Of a stretch of DNA of 64,000 bases, positions 39,977 to 49,585 are shown piece by piece (the first letter of the stretch is position 1; every line of letters starts with the position of its first letter). Position numbers and translations under genes: made by a program. The DNA is from Paracoccaceae bacterium (GTDB lineage: Bacteria; Pseudomonadota; Alphaproteobacteria; Rhodobacterales; Rhodobacteraceae), in the NCBI GenBank assembly GCA_045106335.1, contig JBGCEM010000054.1:32214-96213 (forward strand), given 5' to 3'. The notes beneath the pieces were generated by a model. The model had not been told where the DNA came from. It saw nothing but the letters and a program-made list of their open reading frames with translations, and searched no databases.

Positions 39977-40831
39977 TTAGCTGTAAAGGCTTGGAACGCC
40001 CAGTTGGTCGTGGATTGCGTTCACGGCTGCAGCGTCCATGCCAAAGCCTTGTGCCAGTTTGTGCAAATATTGCGCTTCGGCCTGTGAATCCAGATCGATT
40101 CCCAAAATGGACATCGCGTAGACTTGCGGGCCAAGACCGTTTGGCGTGTCATTGACCAACGCATCAACATCGACCGGACGCTGCATTTCGGCTTGTACGA
40201 ACTGTGCTTCTTCAGCATCAACGTCACCGCCCAAGCGTTCGATAAGCTTTGCCTTTTCCGAATCGTCCAGCTCTCCGTCGGCTTTGGTCGCTTGGATCAT
40301 CGCCCGGATCATCAGCGCGGCTGCGGCCTCATGGTCTGCACTCGGTTGCAAAGCGGGATCAGGCGTCTCATCAAATTGAGAATTTAGTACTTCGCCAAAG
40401 CTGTGATCCGTGCTGGCTGGTTTAGCTGCCATGGAGCCTGCAAGGCCGCCCAGCAAGCCGCCAAGACCGCCGCCGCCCGCAGCCGCACCGGCCAACCCAC
40501 CTAGGATGTTCTGCAAACCGCCGCCCTGTGCGTTGCCGCCTGCGCCACCGATCTGCTCCAATAGGCCACCCAAGCCACCTTGACCCAAACCGCCGCCCTG
40601 CGCGCCGCCGCCCAAGATCGAGCCCAACATATTTTCTAGCCCGCCACCTGCGGGGCTATTTGCGCCGCCAAATGGAGACCCGCCGCCGGATGCGTTTCCA
40701 ACCAAGCCGCCCAGCAAACCGCCAAGACCGCCCGCGCCGCTGCCGGCAGCGCCGCCTTTCATCATCGATGATGCGCCTTTTGCGACAGCAACGCCAATCG
40801 CCATTTTCGCAAGTGTTTTAACCAAACTCAT
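39977..40831 (-). CDS. DUF533 / TerB-like domain protein with Gly-rich N-terminal half
   Basis: ATG 40831 is preceded by AAGGGGA. The N-terminal roughly 150 aa are low-complexity GGLGG repeats. The C-terminal part, AAAALMIRAMIQATKADGELDDSEKAKLIERLG, is typical of DUF533 (YebE-like). Confidence 0.7.
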   Translation of the reverse strand: MSLVKTLAKMAIGVAVAKGASSMMKGGAAGSGAGGLGGLLGGLVGNASGGGSPFGGANSPAGGGLENMLGSILGGGAQGGGLGQGGLGGLLEQIGGAGGNAQGGGLQNILGGLAGAAAGGGGLGGLLGGLAGSMAAKPASTDHSFGEVLNSQFDETPDPALQPSADHEAAAALMIRAMIQATKADGELDDSEKAKLIERLGGDVDAEEAQFVQAEMQRPVDVDALVNDTPNGLGPQVYAMSILGIDLDSQAEAQYLHKLAQGFGMDAAAVNAIHDQLGVPSLYS

Positions 40832-40959
40832 GAGGTTCCCCTTCGTGTTCATGACTTGTTAACCTACACAATACACGAAACTGACCCGCAAACAGGGGAA
40901 AATCAGCAAACTTGTCGCCTTTTTGGGGCAAGACTGCTGGATACATGGATAGGTTGAAC

Positions 40960-42378
40960 CTATGTGCCGCAGAACGTCGCTGTGACGTGTTCAGAAAGGT
41001 GCGGGGCTCGGGTTAATTCCAAGAAAGACTCGTTTGGTTCGAACGGATAAGCTGTGGCCCGTAACATTTTGTCAAAAAGTGCATAATCACCTGCCACAGC
41101 CGCTGCAATCATTGCCTCGACTTGATGGTTTCGCGGGATAAGATAGGGGTTGGCATGACGCATTACGTCCGTTGGATTGGTCTCGTGTGCAAGTCGCGCG
41201 CGCCACGTCGACTCCCAGCTGTTATACGCAGTTGGGTCCGCAAATTGATCCCGAGCGGTACCACCGACAAGCGCATGAAAGGTATTGGTGAAATCCGCAC
41301 CTTGCGTTTCCATTAAAGTTAACAGCTCTTGGATTAATGATGCGTCCTGCTGGGTTGGCGCCGCGATGCCAATTTTCGCAGCGAACCGGCGCAGCCATTC
41401 TTGTTCCAAAAGTACCGGCATCTCGTGAATGATTGCTGTGGCCGCTTCGATTGCAGCCTCTTTGTCGTCCATCTGTTGGATTAGAGCCGTCGCAAATTGC
41501 GCCATGTTCCAAACGATGATGTTTGGTTGTTGCCCAAACGCATAGCGCCCAGTGCGGTCAATTGAGGAAAATACTTTGCCAACAGCATAAGAGTCCATGA
41601 AGGCGCAAGGGCCATAATCAATCGTCTCGCCAGAAATCGTGCAATTGTCCGTATTCATCACGCCATGAATAAACCCAAAAGACATCCACGCGGGGATCAG
41701 TTTGGCCTGCAGCGCAACGACGTGCCGCAGCAAACCTAAAGGCCCGTCCGCGTCTGGGCAATGGCGTTGGATGGTATATTCCGTCAGCGTCTTCAATGCT
41801 TGGATATCGCCGCGATGGGCAAACACTTGGAAGGTGCCCACGCGGATATGTGAGGTCGCAACCCGCGTTAAAACCGCGCCGGGCAGGGCGGCTTCGCGGT
41901 AGACCATGTCGCCCGTTGTCACTGCGCACAAGGCTCTGGTCGTCGGAACGCCCAACGCATGCATCGCCTCAGACACCACATATTCCCGCAACACCGGTCC
42001 CAGCCAAGCGCGTCCATCGCCCATCCGAGAGTAAGGTGTCGGACCTGAACCTTTTAGTTGAATGTCGACCCGTAACCCATTGCTATTTATAACCTCTCCC
42101 AGCAACAAGGCACGACCATCCCCAAGTTGTGGGTTATAGGTTCCAAACTGATGTCCGGCATATAGCTGCGCCAACGGGGCGGCACCTTCGGGGGTTTTGT
42201 TGCCTGAAAAGACTTGTGCCAGATCGTTCGCTTCTGTGTGCGTCAAGCCGAGTTGCAACGCCAAGTCTTCGTTGAACGCAACAAGTTTTGGGTCCGACAC
42301 AGGCGCCGCATCTTGGTATGTATAAAAGCCCTGTGGGAGCGCTGCGTATGTATTGTCGAAGGGGATCTGTAAGCTCAT
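40960..42378 (-). CDS. selO: protein adenylyltransferase (AMPylase) SelO
   Basis: 472 aa. LYAGHQFGTYNPQLGDGRALLLGE and HGVMNTDNCTISGETIDYGPCAF are hallmark SelO/YdiU motifs. Confidence 0.9.
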   Translation of the reverse strand: MSLQIPFDNTYAALPQGFYTYQDAAPVSDPKLVAFNEDLALQLGLTHTEANDLAQVFSGNKTPEGAAPLAQLYAGHQFGTYNPQLGDGRALLLGEVINSNGLRVDIQLKGSGPTPYSRMGDGRAWLGPVLREYVVSEAMHALGVPTTRALCAVTTGDMVYREAALPGAVLTRVATSHIRVGTFQVFAHRGDIQALKTLTEYTIQRHCPDADGPLGLLRHVVALQAKLIPAWMSFGFIHGVMNTDNCTISGETIDYGPCAFMDSYAVGKVFSSIDRTGRYAFGQQPNIIVWNMAQFATALIQQMDDKEAAIEAATAIIHEMPVLLEQEWLRRFAAKIGIAAPTQQDASLIQELLTLMETQGADFTNTFHALVGGTARDQFADPTAYNSWESTWRARLAHETNPTDVMRHANPYLIPRNHQVEAMIAAAVAGDYALFDKMLRATAYPFEPNESFLELTRAPHLSEHVTATFCGT

Positions 42379-42394
42379 GGCGCGACCCTATTGT

Positions 42395-42844
42395 TTAGAA
42401 GCTGCGGGTCATCAGGTGATAGTCCTGGCGCATCTGAAATCCGCATTTCCCGTAAAGCCTTTGCGCCTTTTGATCGTCTGTGCGCACCTCAAGATGCAGT
42501 GCGCGCAACCCAACTTCGGCCAAGGCCAACGGCAAAGCCAAAAGAACTTCCGTCGCAATCCCGCGCCCACGCACGTTCGGTCGAATGTAGAGTTCGTCGA
42601 TAAACCCATCCAGCCCGCCGAATTCGACAGACCAGCCAAACGTCAGAATAATATATCCAATAGGTGCGCGCGTTGGTCCGATCAGATACGCAGAGCCATG
42701 CGGAATTCCATTACACAAGGGGGCCAATGCGGCTTGACGGGTTTGCTCTAAGGTGGTCAGCTCAATTTCAGTGTGAAAAGCGGCCACCAATGCCCCCAGT
42801 CGTTCCAGGTGTTCGGGCGTTGCCAGGGTGAGCGATGCGCTCAT
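42395..42844 (-). CDS. GNAT-family N-acetyltransferase
   Basis: ATG 42844 overlaps the nucleoside hydrolase stop (ATGA). The acetyl-CoA motif is IRPNVRGRGIATEVL. Confidence 0.8.
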   Translation of the reverse strand: MSASLTLATPEHLERLGALVAAFHTEIELTTLEQTRQAALAPLCNGIPHGSAYLIGPTRAPIGYIILTFGWSVEFGGLDGFIDELYIRPNVRGRGIATEVLLALPLALAEVGLRALHLEVRTDDQKAQRLYGKCGFQMRQDYHLMTRSF

Positions 42845-43782
42845 AACCGCGCCAGACGTTCGGTAAGTAGATCGAAGAACGCGTTGGCGTCCACATCCCC
42901 CATAAACATTGCGTTGGCGCTGCGGTCTGTAACGCCCCACCAATCCGCTACACTCATTCCGGCGGTCAATTTGGACTGGGTTTCAATTTCTACGTTAATG
43001 GAGCGCCCAGTAAATAGGTCGGGTTTGATCAGATAAGCTGTGACGCAAGGATCATGCAACGGCGCACCATTGGAGCCGTATTTTTCTTTGTCAAACCGCT
43101 CAAAAAAATCGGTCATTTGAGCAACAGCGATCCCAACGGGGGTGCCCAGCTGTCTTAACGCGTCATTGCGTTCCCGGGTGACCAAAACCTTGTGCGTGAC
43201 ATCCAGCGGAAACACAATCAGCGGAACGCCAGATTTAAACACAATTTCAGCAGCTTCTGGATCGACGTAAATGTTAAATTCAGCCGCCGGGGTAATGTTT
43301 CCAACCTCGAAATAGGCCCCGCCCATCATGATGATTTCTTTCACCCTGTCGACAATATCAGGCGCGCGTTGAAAGGCGCTTGCAATATTCGTCATTGGTC
43401 CAAGCACACACAATGTGACCGTTCTTGGGTCCTCGCGGCGTATGGTTTCGATAATAAAATCCACTGCATGCTGATGCTGCAATTGCATTTGAGGATCGGG
43501 CAAAACCGGACCGTCTAGTCCCGTTTTACCATGCACATGTTCGGCCGTGACCAAATTGCGCACCAGCGGGCGGTCACATCCGGCGTAGACTTTTGTGCCA
43601 GGAAAACCGGCAAGTTCGCATACGATACACGCGTTCTTCGCGGTCAGGGCCAAAGGCACATTTCCTGCAACAGCGGTCACCCCGAGGACATCAATTTCGT
43701 CTGGACTGGCAAGAGCCAACAGGATCGCGACGGCGTCGTCTTGCCCGGGATCGGTATCGATAATAACTTTACGCGCGCTCAT
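42841..43782 (-). CDS. nucleoside hydrolase (IU-NH family)
   Basis: N-terminal fingerprint IIDTDPGQDDAVAILLA. 313 aa. Confidence 0.9.
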   Translation of the reverse strand: MSARKVIIDTDPGQDDAVAILLALASPDEIDVLGVTAVAGNVPLALTAKNACIVCELAGFPGTKVYAGCDRPLVRNLVTAEHVHGKTGLDGPVLPDPQMQLQHQHAVDFIIETIRREDPRTVTLCVLGPMTNIASAFQRAPDIVDRVKEIIMMGGAYFEVGNITPAAEFNIYVDPEAAEIVFKSGVPLIVFPLDVTHKVLVTRERNDALRQLGTPVGIAVAQMTDFFERFDKEKYGSNGAPLHDPCVTAYLIKPDLFTGRSINVEIETQSKLTAGMSVADWWGVTDRSANAMFMGDVDANAFFDLLTERLARL

Positions 43783-43851
43783 AAGGTTTCGCTTCTAAAT
43801 TGATGCGTCATTTAGGAACTCACCTATAGACATCTGTTGTGGCAAAACAAA

Positions 43852-44667
43852 TCAATTCACGCGCTCTGTTTGCTTTACCGCATCCCACAGAGCATCCATT
43901 TCGGCTAAGGTACTGTCTTCGGGACGCTTCGAGATTTCAGCCAATCGGGCTTCCACACCTTCAAACCGGCGTTGAAATTTCGCATTGGCTGCGCGCAATG
44001 CCGCTTCTGGGTCAACTTTCATATGGCGCGCTAAATTCGCCATAACAAACAACAAATCCCCAAATTCTTCATCTACATCCGCTTGCGTTTTCGTGTCGAC
44101 TGCCTCAACCAGTTCGCGGCTTTCTTCCAAAATCTTGTCCAAAACTTGCGTTGTTTCGGGCCAGTCAAACCCGACCCGGGCCGCGCGCTTTTGCAATTTT
44201 ACCGCACGCAACAAGGCCGGCAATCCAATCGCAACCCCGTCCAAGGCGCCTTTTTGCGCCTGCTGCGCCCGTTCTGCGGCCTTTATCGTTTCCCAATCTT
44301 TGGTTTGTTGCTCTGCAGATTTGTCACGGCTTTCGGATCCAAACACATGCGGATGTCGATCGATCATTTTTTGCGCGATGTTTTCTGCGACATCTTGAAA
44401 ATCAAACAAACCTTGTTCCGATGAAATCGCCGTGTGATAGACCGTTTGCAGCAGCAAATCCCCCAGCTCGCCTTTCAGATCTTCCCAGTTTTCGCGTTCA
44501 ATTGCATCGGCAACTTCATAAGCCTCTTCAATGGTATAGGGCGCGATGCTCGCAAATGTTTGCTCAATATCCCAAGGACACCCTGTGTCTGGATCGCGCA
44601 GGCGGCGCATCACGGCCAACAATCGCTCCATTCCGGGGGCAGTATCAAAGATCGGGTCGTCAGGCAT
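43852..44667 (-). CDS. mazG: nucleoside triphosphate pyrophosphohydrolase MazG
   Basis: ATG 44667 (MPDDPIF). Contains CPWDIEQTFASIAPYTIEEAYEVADAI and two EExGD(L/F)L MazG repeats. Confidence 0.88.
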   Translation of the reverse strand: MPDDPIFDTAPGMERLLAVMRRLRDPDTGCPWDIEQTFASIAPYTIEEAYEVADAIERENWEDLKGELGDLLLQTVYHTAISSEQGLFDFQDVAENIAQKMIDRHPHVFGSESRDKSAEQQTKDWETIKAAERAQQAQKGALDGVAIGLPALLRAVKLQKRAARVGFDWPETTQVLDKILEESRELVEAVDTKTQADVDEEFGDLLFVMANLARHMKVDPEAALRAANAKFQRRFEGVEARLAEISKRPEDSTLAEMDALWDAVKQTERVN

Positions 44668-44731
44668 TGCAGCGGGCTCCGGTTTTCTGTCAAATGGCAG
44701 TGAACCCAAGCCCGAAACAGGAGTCCACCCC

Positions 44732-45904
44732 ATGCCCGTGATTAACCGAATTGCCGGATTGCGCGATGAGATGACTGAGTGGCGGCAATATCTGCACACG
44801 ATCCCTGAATTGGATATGGAGTGTCACAAGACCGCGGCTTTTGTCGCAGAAAAGCTGCGCGCGTTCGGCGTCGATGAAGTGCATGAAGGCATCGGCGTGA
44901 CGGGCATTGTCGGCATAATCGAGGGGCAGGGTGCGGGCAGCACGATTGGCCTGCGCGCAGATATGGACGCGCTGCCCATCACTGAGGCCACGGGCGTTGA
45001 CTATGCGTCCACCCATAACGGCAATATGCACGCCTGCGGACATGATGGGCATACGACTATGCTGCTAGGGGCGGCGAAATACTTGTGCGAAACGCGCAAC
45101 TTTTCGGGCCGTGTGGCGCTGATTTTTCAGCCGGGCGAAGAAGGCACCGGCGGTGGGCGAATAATGGTTGAAGAAGGTATCATGGACAGGTTCGACATTG
45201 GCGAAGTCTATGCGATTCACAATGTGCCGGATCTACCTGAGGGACAATTCCACGGACGTGCTGGCCCGATTATGGCGGCGGTTGATACGTTCACGATTCA
45301 CATCACAGGCACGGGCGGACATGGCGCAATGCCAGAAACGACAGCTGATCCTGTGGTTGCTGTTTTAGGAATTGGGCAAGCATTACAAACGATTATAAGT
45401 CGTAATGTACCCTCTTTGGATCAGGCCGTTGTGTCGCTGACGCAAATCCACACAGGCACGACAGACAATGTGATTCCCGAAACGGCGTATATGAACGGCA
45501 CGATCCGCACCTTTTCGCGTGAGGTCCAAGACCTCATCCACACACGCATCCACGACATCGCCCAAGCGCAAGCCACCAGTTATGGTGTGTCGGCCGAGGT
45601 TCACATTAAACCGGGCTATCCCGCGACGATTAACACGCAGGAACAGACGGAATTTGCGGTGCGCGTGGCTCAGGATATTGCGGGCGCTGACAATGTCGAA
45701 GGCAACACCGATCCAGTCGCCGGAGCCGAAGATTTCGCCTATATGCTTGAGGCCCGTCCCGGCGCGTATCTGTTTATGGGGCAGGGCCCAAGTGCTGGGT
45801 TGCATCACCCAGAATACAATTTCAACGATTCCGCAGCCCCGTTTGGCGCCAGTTATTTCGCGCGTTTGGTGGAAACGGCGCAGCCCGTTAAGGCCGCGTC
45901 TTAA
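44732..45904 (+). CDS. M20D-family amidohydrolase (hippurate hydrolase / aminoacylase-like)
   Basis: ATG 44732, with AGGAG upstream. Contains RADMDALP, HACGHDGH and FQPGEEG motifs. Confidence 0.85.
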   Translation: MPVINRIAGLRDEMTEWRQYLHTIPELDMECHKTAAFVAEKLRAFGVDEVHEGIGVTGIVGIIEGQGAGSTIGLRADMDALPITEATGVDYASTHNGNMHACGHDGHTTMLLGAAKYLCETRNFSGRVALIFQPGEEGTGGGRIMVEEGIMDRFDIGEVYAIHNVPDLPEGQFHGRAGPIMAAVDTFTIHITGTGGHGAMPETTADPVVAVLGIGQALQTIISRNVPSLDQAVVSLTQIHTGTTDNVIPETAYMNGTIRTFSREVQDLIHTRIHDIAQAQATSYGVSAEVHIKPGYPATINTQEQTEFAVRVAQDIAGADNVEGNTDPVAGAEDFAYMLEARPGAYLFMGQGPSAGLHHPEYNFNDSAAPFGASYFARLVETAQPVKAAS

Positions 45905-46873
45905 ATGGCGCTGGAAGATTCAAAACACGATGTAGATCAAGCCTTTACACGGGACGACCCAAAGGGACTTAGCTTTGAAAATGCCTTTGGAGGCGCGCTC
46001 AGTTTTATGCGGCGGCGCTATACCAAGGATCTTACAGGCGTTGATATTGCAGTGACCGGGGTGCCGTTTGATCAGGCTGTGACCAATCGACCCGGCACCC
46101 GATTAGGCCCACGCGCGATCCGCGAAGCCTCGACCTTGCAAGCGCCTGATGCGCCTTATGGTTGGCCGTTTGATGTGTTCAGCGATCGACATATCGTGGA
46201 TTATGGTGATCTGGCGTTTGACTATGCCAATATCCCGGACTTTCCTGCAGCACTTCAGGCCCATATCGCGACGATCTTAAAGGCCGGATCTGCCAGTGTG
46301 ACTTTGGGTGGCGATCACTATATTTCGTTCCCGATCCTTAAAGCTTATGCCGAAAAATATGGCCCAATGTCGCTGATCCAGATCGATGCCCATACCGACA
46401 CCTGGGCCGATGACAACATGGACCGCGTTGATCACGGTACGATGTTTTATAAGGCCGTGAAATCGGGCGTCGTCGATCCGGCGCGCTCTGTGCAGATCGG
46501 CATTCGCACCAGCAATCCCGATACGCTTGGGGTGAACATTATCGACGCTGCTGAAGTGCATCGCATTGGGCCGGAAGCCGCGGCGCAAAAGGCACGCGAT
46601 ATCGTCGGGGGCCATCCGACCTACCTTAGCTTTGACATAGACGGCTTGGATCCTGCCTTTGCGCCGGGCACGGGCACGCCAGTTTGGGGTGGCCTGAGCA
46701 GCGCACAAGCCGCAGCGCTGTTGCGAAATTTGGCAGGCATCAATATTCGGGGCGGAGACATCGTCGAAGTGTCTCCACCCTTTGACAACAGTGGCGCGAC
46801 CGCGATAGCAGGGGCGCACGTAGCAGTTGAGCTGTGCTGCCTTTTGGGGTGGCGCATGCGTGAGGACACATGA
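45905..46873 (+). CDS. ureohydrolase (agmatinase/SpeB-like), paralog 1
   Basis: Mn-site motifs GGDHYISFP, IDAHTDTW and SFDIDGLDP. It starts immediately after the M20 stop. Confidence 0.8.
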   Translation: MALEDSKHDVDQAFTRDDPKGLSFENAFGGALSFMRRRYTKDLTGVDIAVTGVPFDQAVTNRPGTRLGPRAIREASTLQAPDAPYGWPFDVFSDRHIVDYGDLAFDYANIPDFPAALQAHIATILKAGSASVTLGGDHYISFPILKAYAEKYGPMSLIQIDAHTDTWADDNMDRVDHGTMFYKAVKSGVVDPARSVQIGIRTSNPDTLGVNIIDAAEVHRIGPEAAAQKARDIVGGHPTYLSFDIDGLDPAFAPGTGTPVWGGLSSAQAAALLRNLAGINIRGGDIVEVSPPFDNSGATAIAGAHVAVELCCLLGWRMREDT

Positions 46874-47811
46874 CAAACCAACCCATTAGCGGAAATGACC
46901 TGGCGCGCTTTTCAGGCCCCAACACCTTTATGCGCCTGCCCAGTGCTGGGGATCTGACTGATCTTGACGTCGCGATTCTGGGCATTCCCATGGATATTGG
47001 CACATCGTGGCGGTCAGGCACACGCTTTGGACCCAAACAAATTCGCTCTGAAAGCGCGATGATCCGACCCTATAATATTCAAACAGGGGCTGCGCCCTTT
47101 GACAGTTTGAACATGGCGGATATCGGAGATCTGGCGATAAATACGTTTTCTCTAAAGGAAAGTTTGCGAATTATTGCGGATAGTTATCGCGTCATCTTAA
47201 CGTCAAAGGTCTGTCCCGTTGCGTTGGGCGGGGATCACTCGATCACATTGCCAATTTTGCGGATGATGGCGCAAAAGCACGGACCCGTGGGGTTGATCCA
47301 CATCGATGCCCATGCGGACGTGAACGATGAAATGTTCGGCGAGAAAGAAACGCATGGCACAGTGTTTCGTCGCGCGTTTGAGGAAGGCTTGGTTAATCCC
47401 AGCAAAACCTATCAGGTCGGATTGCGCGGAACTGGATATACTGCCGAGGATTTTTCCGAAGCGGCGGGATGGGGCTACCAACAGTTCCTTGCATCCGAGC
47501 TTTGGCACAAATCGCTCAGCGGATTGGGGGCAGAAATCCGCCGGGATTTGGGCGACACACCCGTTTATGTGTCTTATGACATCGACAGTTTGGACCCAGC
47601 TTTCGCGCCCGGAACTGGCACACCCGAAATAGGCGGCCTAAGTACCATGCAGGCGATGGAATTCATCCGGGCCTTGCGCGGTGCCAATATCGTGGGCTGC
47701 GACATGGTCGAAGTGTCCCCGCCTTATGATCAAAGTGGCAATACGGCCTTGGTGGCTGCGAACCTTGTGTTTGAGCTGCTCTGCGTTCTACCTGGCGTCA
47801 CATATAGATAA
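46870..47811 (+). CDS. ureohydrolase (agmatinase/guanidino-acid hydrolase-like), paralog 2
   Basis: ATGA overlap with paralog 1. Motifs GGDHSITLP, HIDAHADVND and SYDIDSLDP. Confidence 0.8.
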   Translation: MTNQPISGNDLARFSGPNTFMRLPSAGDLTDLDVAILGIPMDIGTSWRSGTRFGPKQIRSESAMIRPYNIQTGAAPFDSLNMADIGDLAINTFSLKESLRIIADSYRVILTSKVCPVALGGDHSITLPILRMMAQKHGPVGLIHIDAHADVNDEMFGEKETHGTVFRRAFEEGLVNPSKTYQVGLRGTGYTAEDFSEAAGWGYQQFLASELWHKSLSGLGAEIRRDLGDTPVYVSYDIDSLDPAFAPGTGTPEIGGLSTMQAMEFIRALRGANIVGCDMVEVSPPYDQSGNTALVAANLVFELLCVLPGVTYR

Positions 47812-47847
47812 ACTGGCCACTGTGTGTTTACCAAAAGGCGTCCCCTT

Positions 47848-48246
47848 ATGACTTGGATTATCCTAACCATCCTTGCGCTTGTCGCCCTTAGCTTTGCACG
47901 GGTGATGCCTGTAGACCCAGCGCGTTGGCACAAAGCTGTTCAAGGTGACGCTGACAAGGACACCGCAAGCTCAGCTTTGCGCGTAATGCCAGCGCCGGAA
48001 AATGCCTTAATGCGATTGGATAAGATCGCCTTGCAAACCCCCAGAACGAAAAGAGTGTCAGGCGCGCCCGAGGATGGGCGCATTACATACGAAACCCGAT
48101 CTTTGGTGTTTGGGTTTCCAGACTACACCACTGTAGACGTCGACAAAGACACTCTGCGCATTTACGCGCGGCTGCGGTTTGGCAAAGCCGATCTGGGGGT
48201 CAACAAAGCCCGGGTCGAGGCGTGGATCGCTCAACTTAAGAGCTAA
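47848..48246 (+). CDS. DUF1499 domain protein
   Basis: N-terminal TM (MTWIILTILALVALSF) and C-terminal RFGKADLGVNKARVEAWI, typical of DUF1499. GTG 47824 is an alternative start. Confidence 0.65.
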   Translation: MTWIILTILALVALSFARVMPVDPARWHKAVQGDADKDTASSALRVMPAPENALMRLDKIALQTPRTKRVSGAPEDGRITYETRSLVFGFPDYTTVDVDKDTLRIYARLRFGKADLGVNKARVEAWIAQLKS

Positions 48247-48469
48247 GACACCCAGACGTCACTTCGCGCCACATCGGCACGTTTAACGACATCTGACATT
48301 GGGCCATGAACATGCGCCCATCGACCTGCATGCAAATTGTTTCACCCAATTCGATGCGCGCGCCAGAGCGGTCCGTGCAATAGCAGTCTACAGTTTTGCC
48401 AGACGGCCCAGTGACATCGGCCATCAGGGGCGCGGTGAAAGCGGTGATGAAAAAAGCTGTGCGTATCAT
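48236..48469 (-). CDS. small secreted Cys-rich hypothetical protein (77 aa)
   Basis: ATG 48469 gives the signal peptide MIRTAFFITAFTAPLMA followed by a 5-Cys mature part. The long track ORF (to 48805) runs antisense into prfA and is rejected. Confidence 0.45.
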   Translation of the reverse strand: MIRTAFFITAFTAPLMADVTGPSGKTVDCYCTDRSGARIELGETICMQVDGRMFMAQCQMSLNVPMWREVTSGCLSS

Positions 48470-48532
48470 AAGGGAAATATACTCCGAATCATCACCTTGA
48501 CCAAGCCTTTGTGATGCATCAGACCTCCGGCC

Positions 48533-49585
48533 ATGATGAACACTGATCGTTTGGAACAAATCCGCCAACGCTTTCAATTTCTTGAGGCGCAGATGGCCGA
48601 AGCTGCAGGCAGTGATATTGCCGCGCTTGCCAAAGAATATTCGGATTTGCGTCCCGTTGTTGAGCAAATCGAACTCTATCATCGCCTTTTGCGCGATATC
48701 CAAGATGCTGAGGCGATGTTGGACGACCCCGACATGAAGGCTCTGGCCGAGGATGAACTGCCAAACCTGCGCACAGCTTTGCCTGCCGCTGAAACTGCGC
48801 TGCAACTTTCGTTATTGCCGAAAGACGCAGCCGACGCGCGCGCTGCGATGTTGGAAATCCGGCCCGGAACTGGCGGGGATGAGGCCGCCTTGTTCGCCGC
48901 CGACCTGTTGCGGATGTATGTGAAATATTCTGAGGCGCGCGGCTGGAAAGTCGACATCGTCGAAGAGGCCGCCACAGAGCTGGGCGGGATCAAAGAGGTC
49001 GTCGCACATATCACCGGGCAAAATGTGTTTGAACGCTTGAAGTTCGAATCTGGCGTCCACCGCGTCCAACGTGTGCCCGAGACCGAAAGCGGGGGGCGCG
49101 TGCATACTTCGGCTGCAACCGTCGCGGTCCTGCCAGAAGCCGAGGATGTAGATATTGAAATTAACGCCAATGACATCCGAATCGATACGATGCGCTCCTC
49201 GGGGGCAGGTGGGCAACACGTGAATACGACGGATTCTGCTGTTCGCATTACCCATATCCCTACGGGAATCGTGGTGACCAGTTCCGAAAAGTCACAACAC
49301 CGCAATCGAGACAAGGCCATGCAGGTTCTGAAAGCGCGTTTGTTTGATATGGAACGCCAGCGCGCACATGATGAACGTTCGGCTGATCGGGCGTCGCAAG
49401 TGGGCTCTGGCGATCGCTCGGAACGGATTCGGACGTATAATTTCCCGCAAGGCCGTATGACCGATCATCGAATTGGGCTGACGTTGTATAAGCTTGACGC
49501 GGTGATGGGCGGGGACTTGGACGAAACTGTCGATGCTTTAATCGCCGAAGATCAAGCCCGTAAATTGGCCGAGATGAACGGATGA
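48533..49585 (+). CDS. prfA: peptide chain release factor 1
   Basis: GGQ motif ([16 protein letters not shown]) and PET-type tripeptide (RVPETE; canonical RF1 PxT motif is PAT/PVT). Confidence 0.96.
   Translation: MMNTDRLEQIRQRFQFLEAQMAEAAGSDIAALAKEYSDLRPVVEQIELYHRLLRDIQDAEAMLDDPDMKALAEDELPNLRTALPAAETALQLSLLPKDAADARAAMLEIRPGTGGDEAALFAADLLRMYVKYSEARGWKVDIVEEAATELGGIKEVVAHITGQNVFERLKFESGVHRVQRVPETESGGRVHTSAATVAVLPEAEDVDIEINANDIRIDTMRSSGAGGQHVNTTDSAVRITHIPTGIVVTSSEKSQHRNRDKAMQVLKARLFDMERQRAHDERSADRASQVGSGDRSERIRTYNFPQGRMTDHRIGLTLYKLDAVMGGDLDETVDALIAEDQARKLAEMNG

Noticed and set aside
44546-44799. Overlapping 5' extensions of the divergent mazG and M20 amidohydrolase ORFs
   Set aside because: Both long versions would overlap each other by about 250 nt. 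The internal ATGs (44667 and 44732, the latter with AGGAG) give N-termini typical of the families.
48470-48805. Upstream two-thirds of track ORF 48236..48805 (189 aa)
   Set aside because: That part runs antisense through the prfA start region and has no protein-like features. Only the C-terminal 77 aa, from ATG 48469 with a signal peptide, look like a gene.
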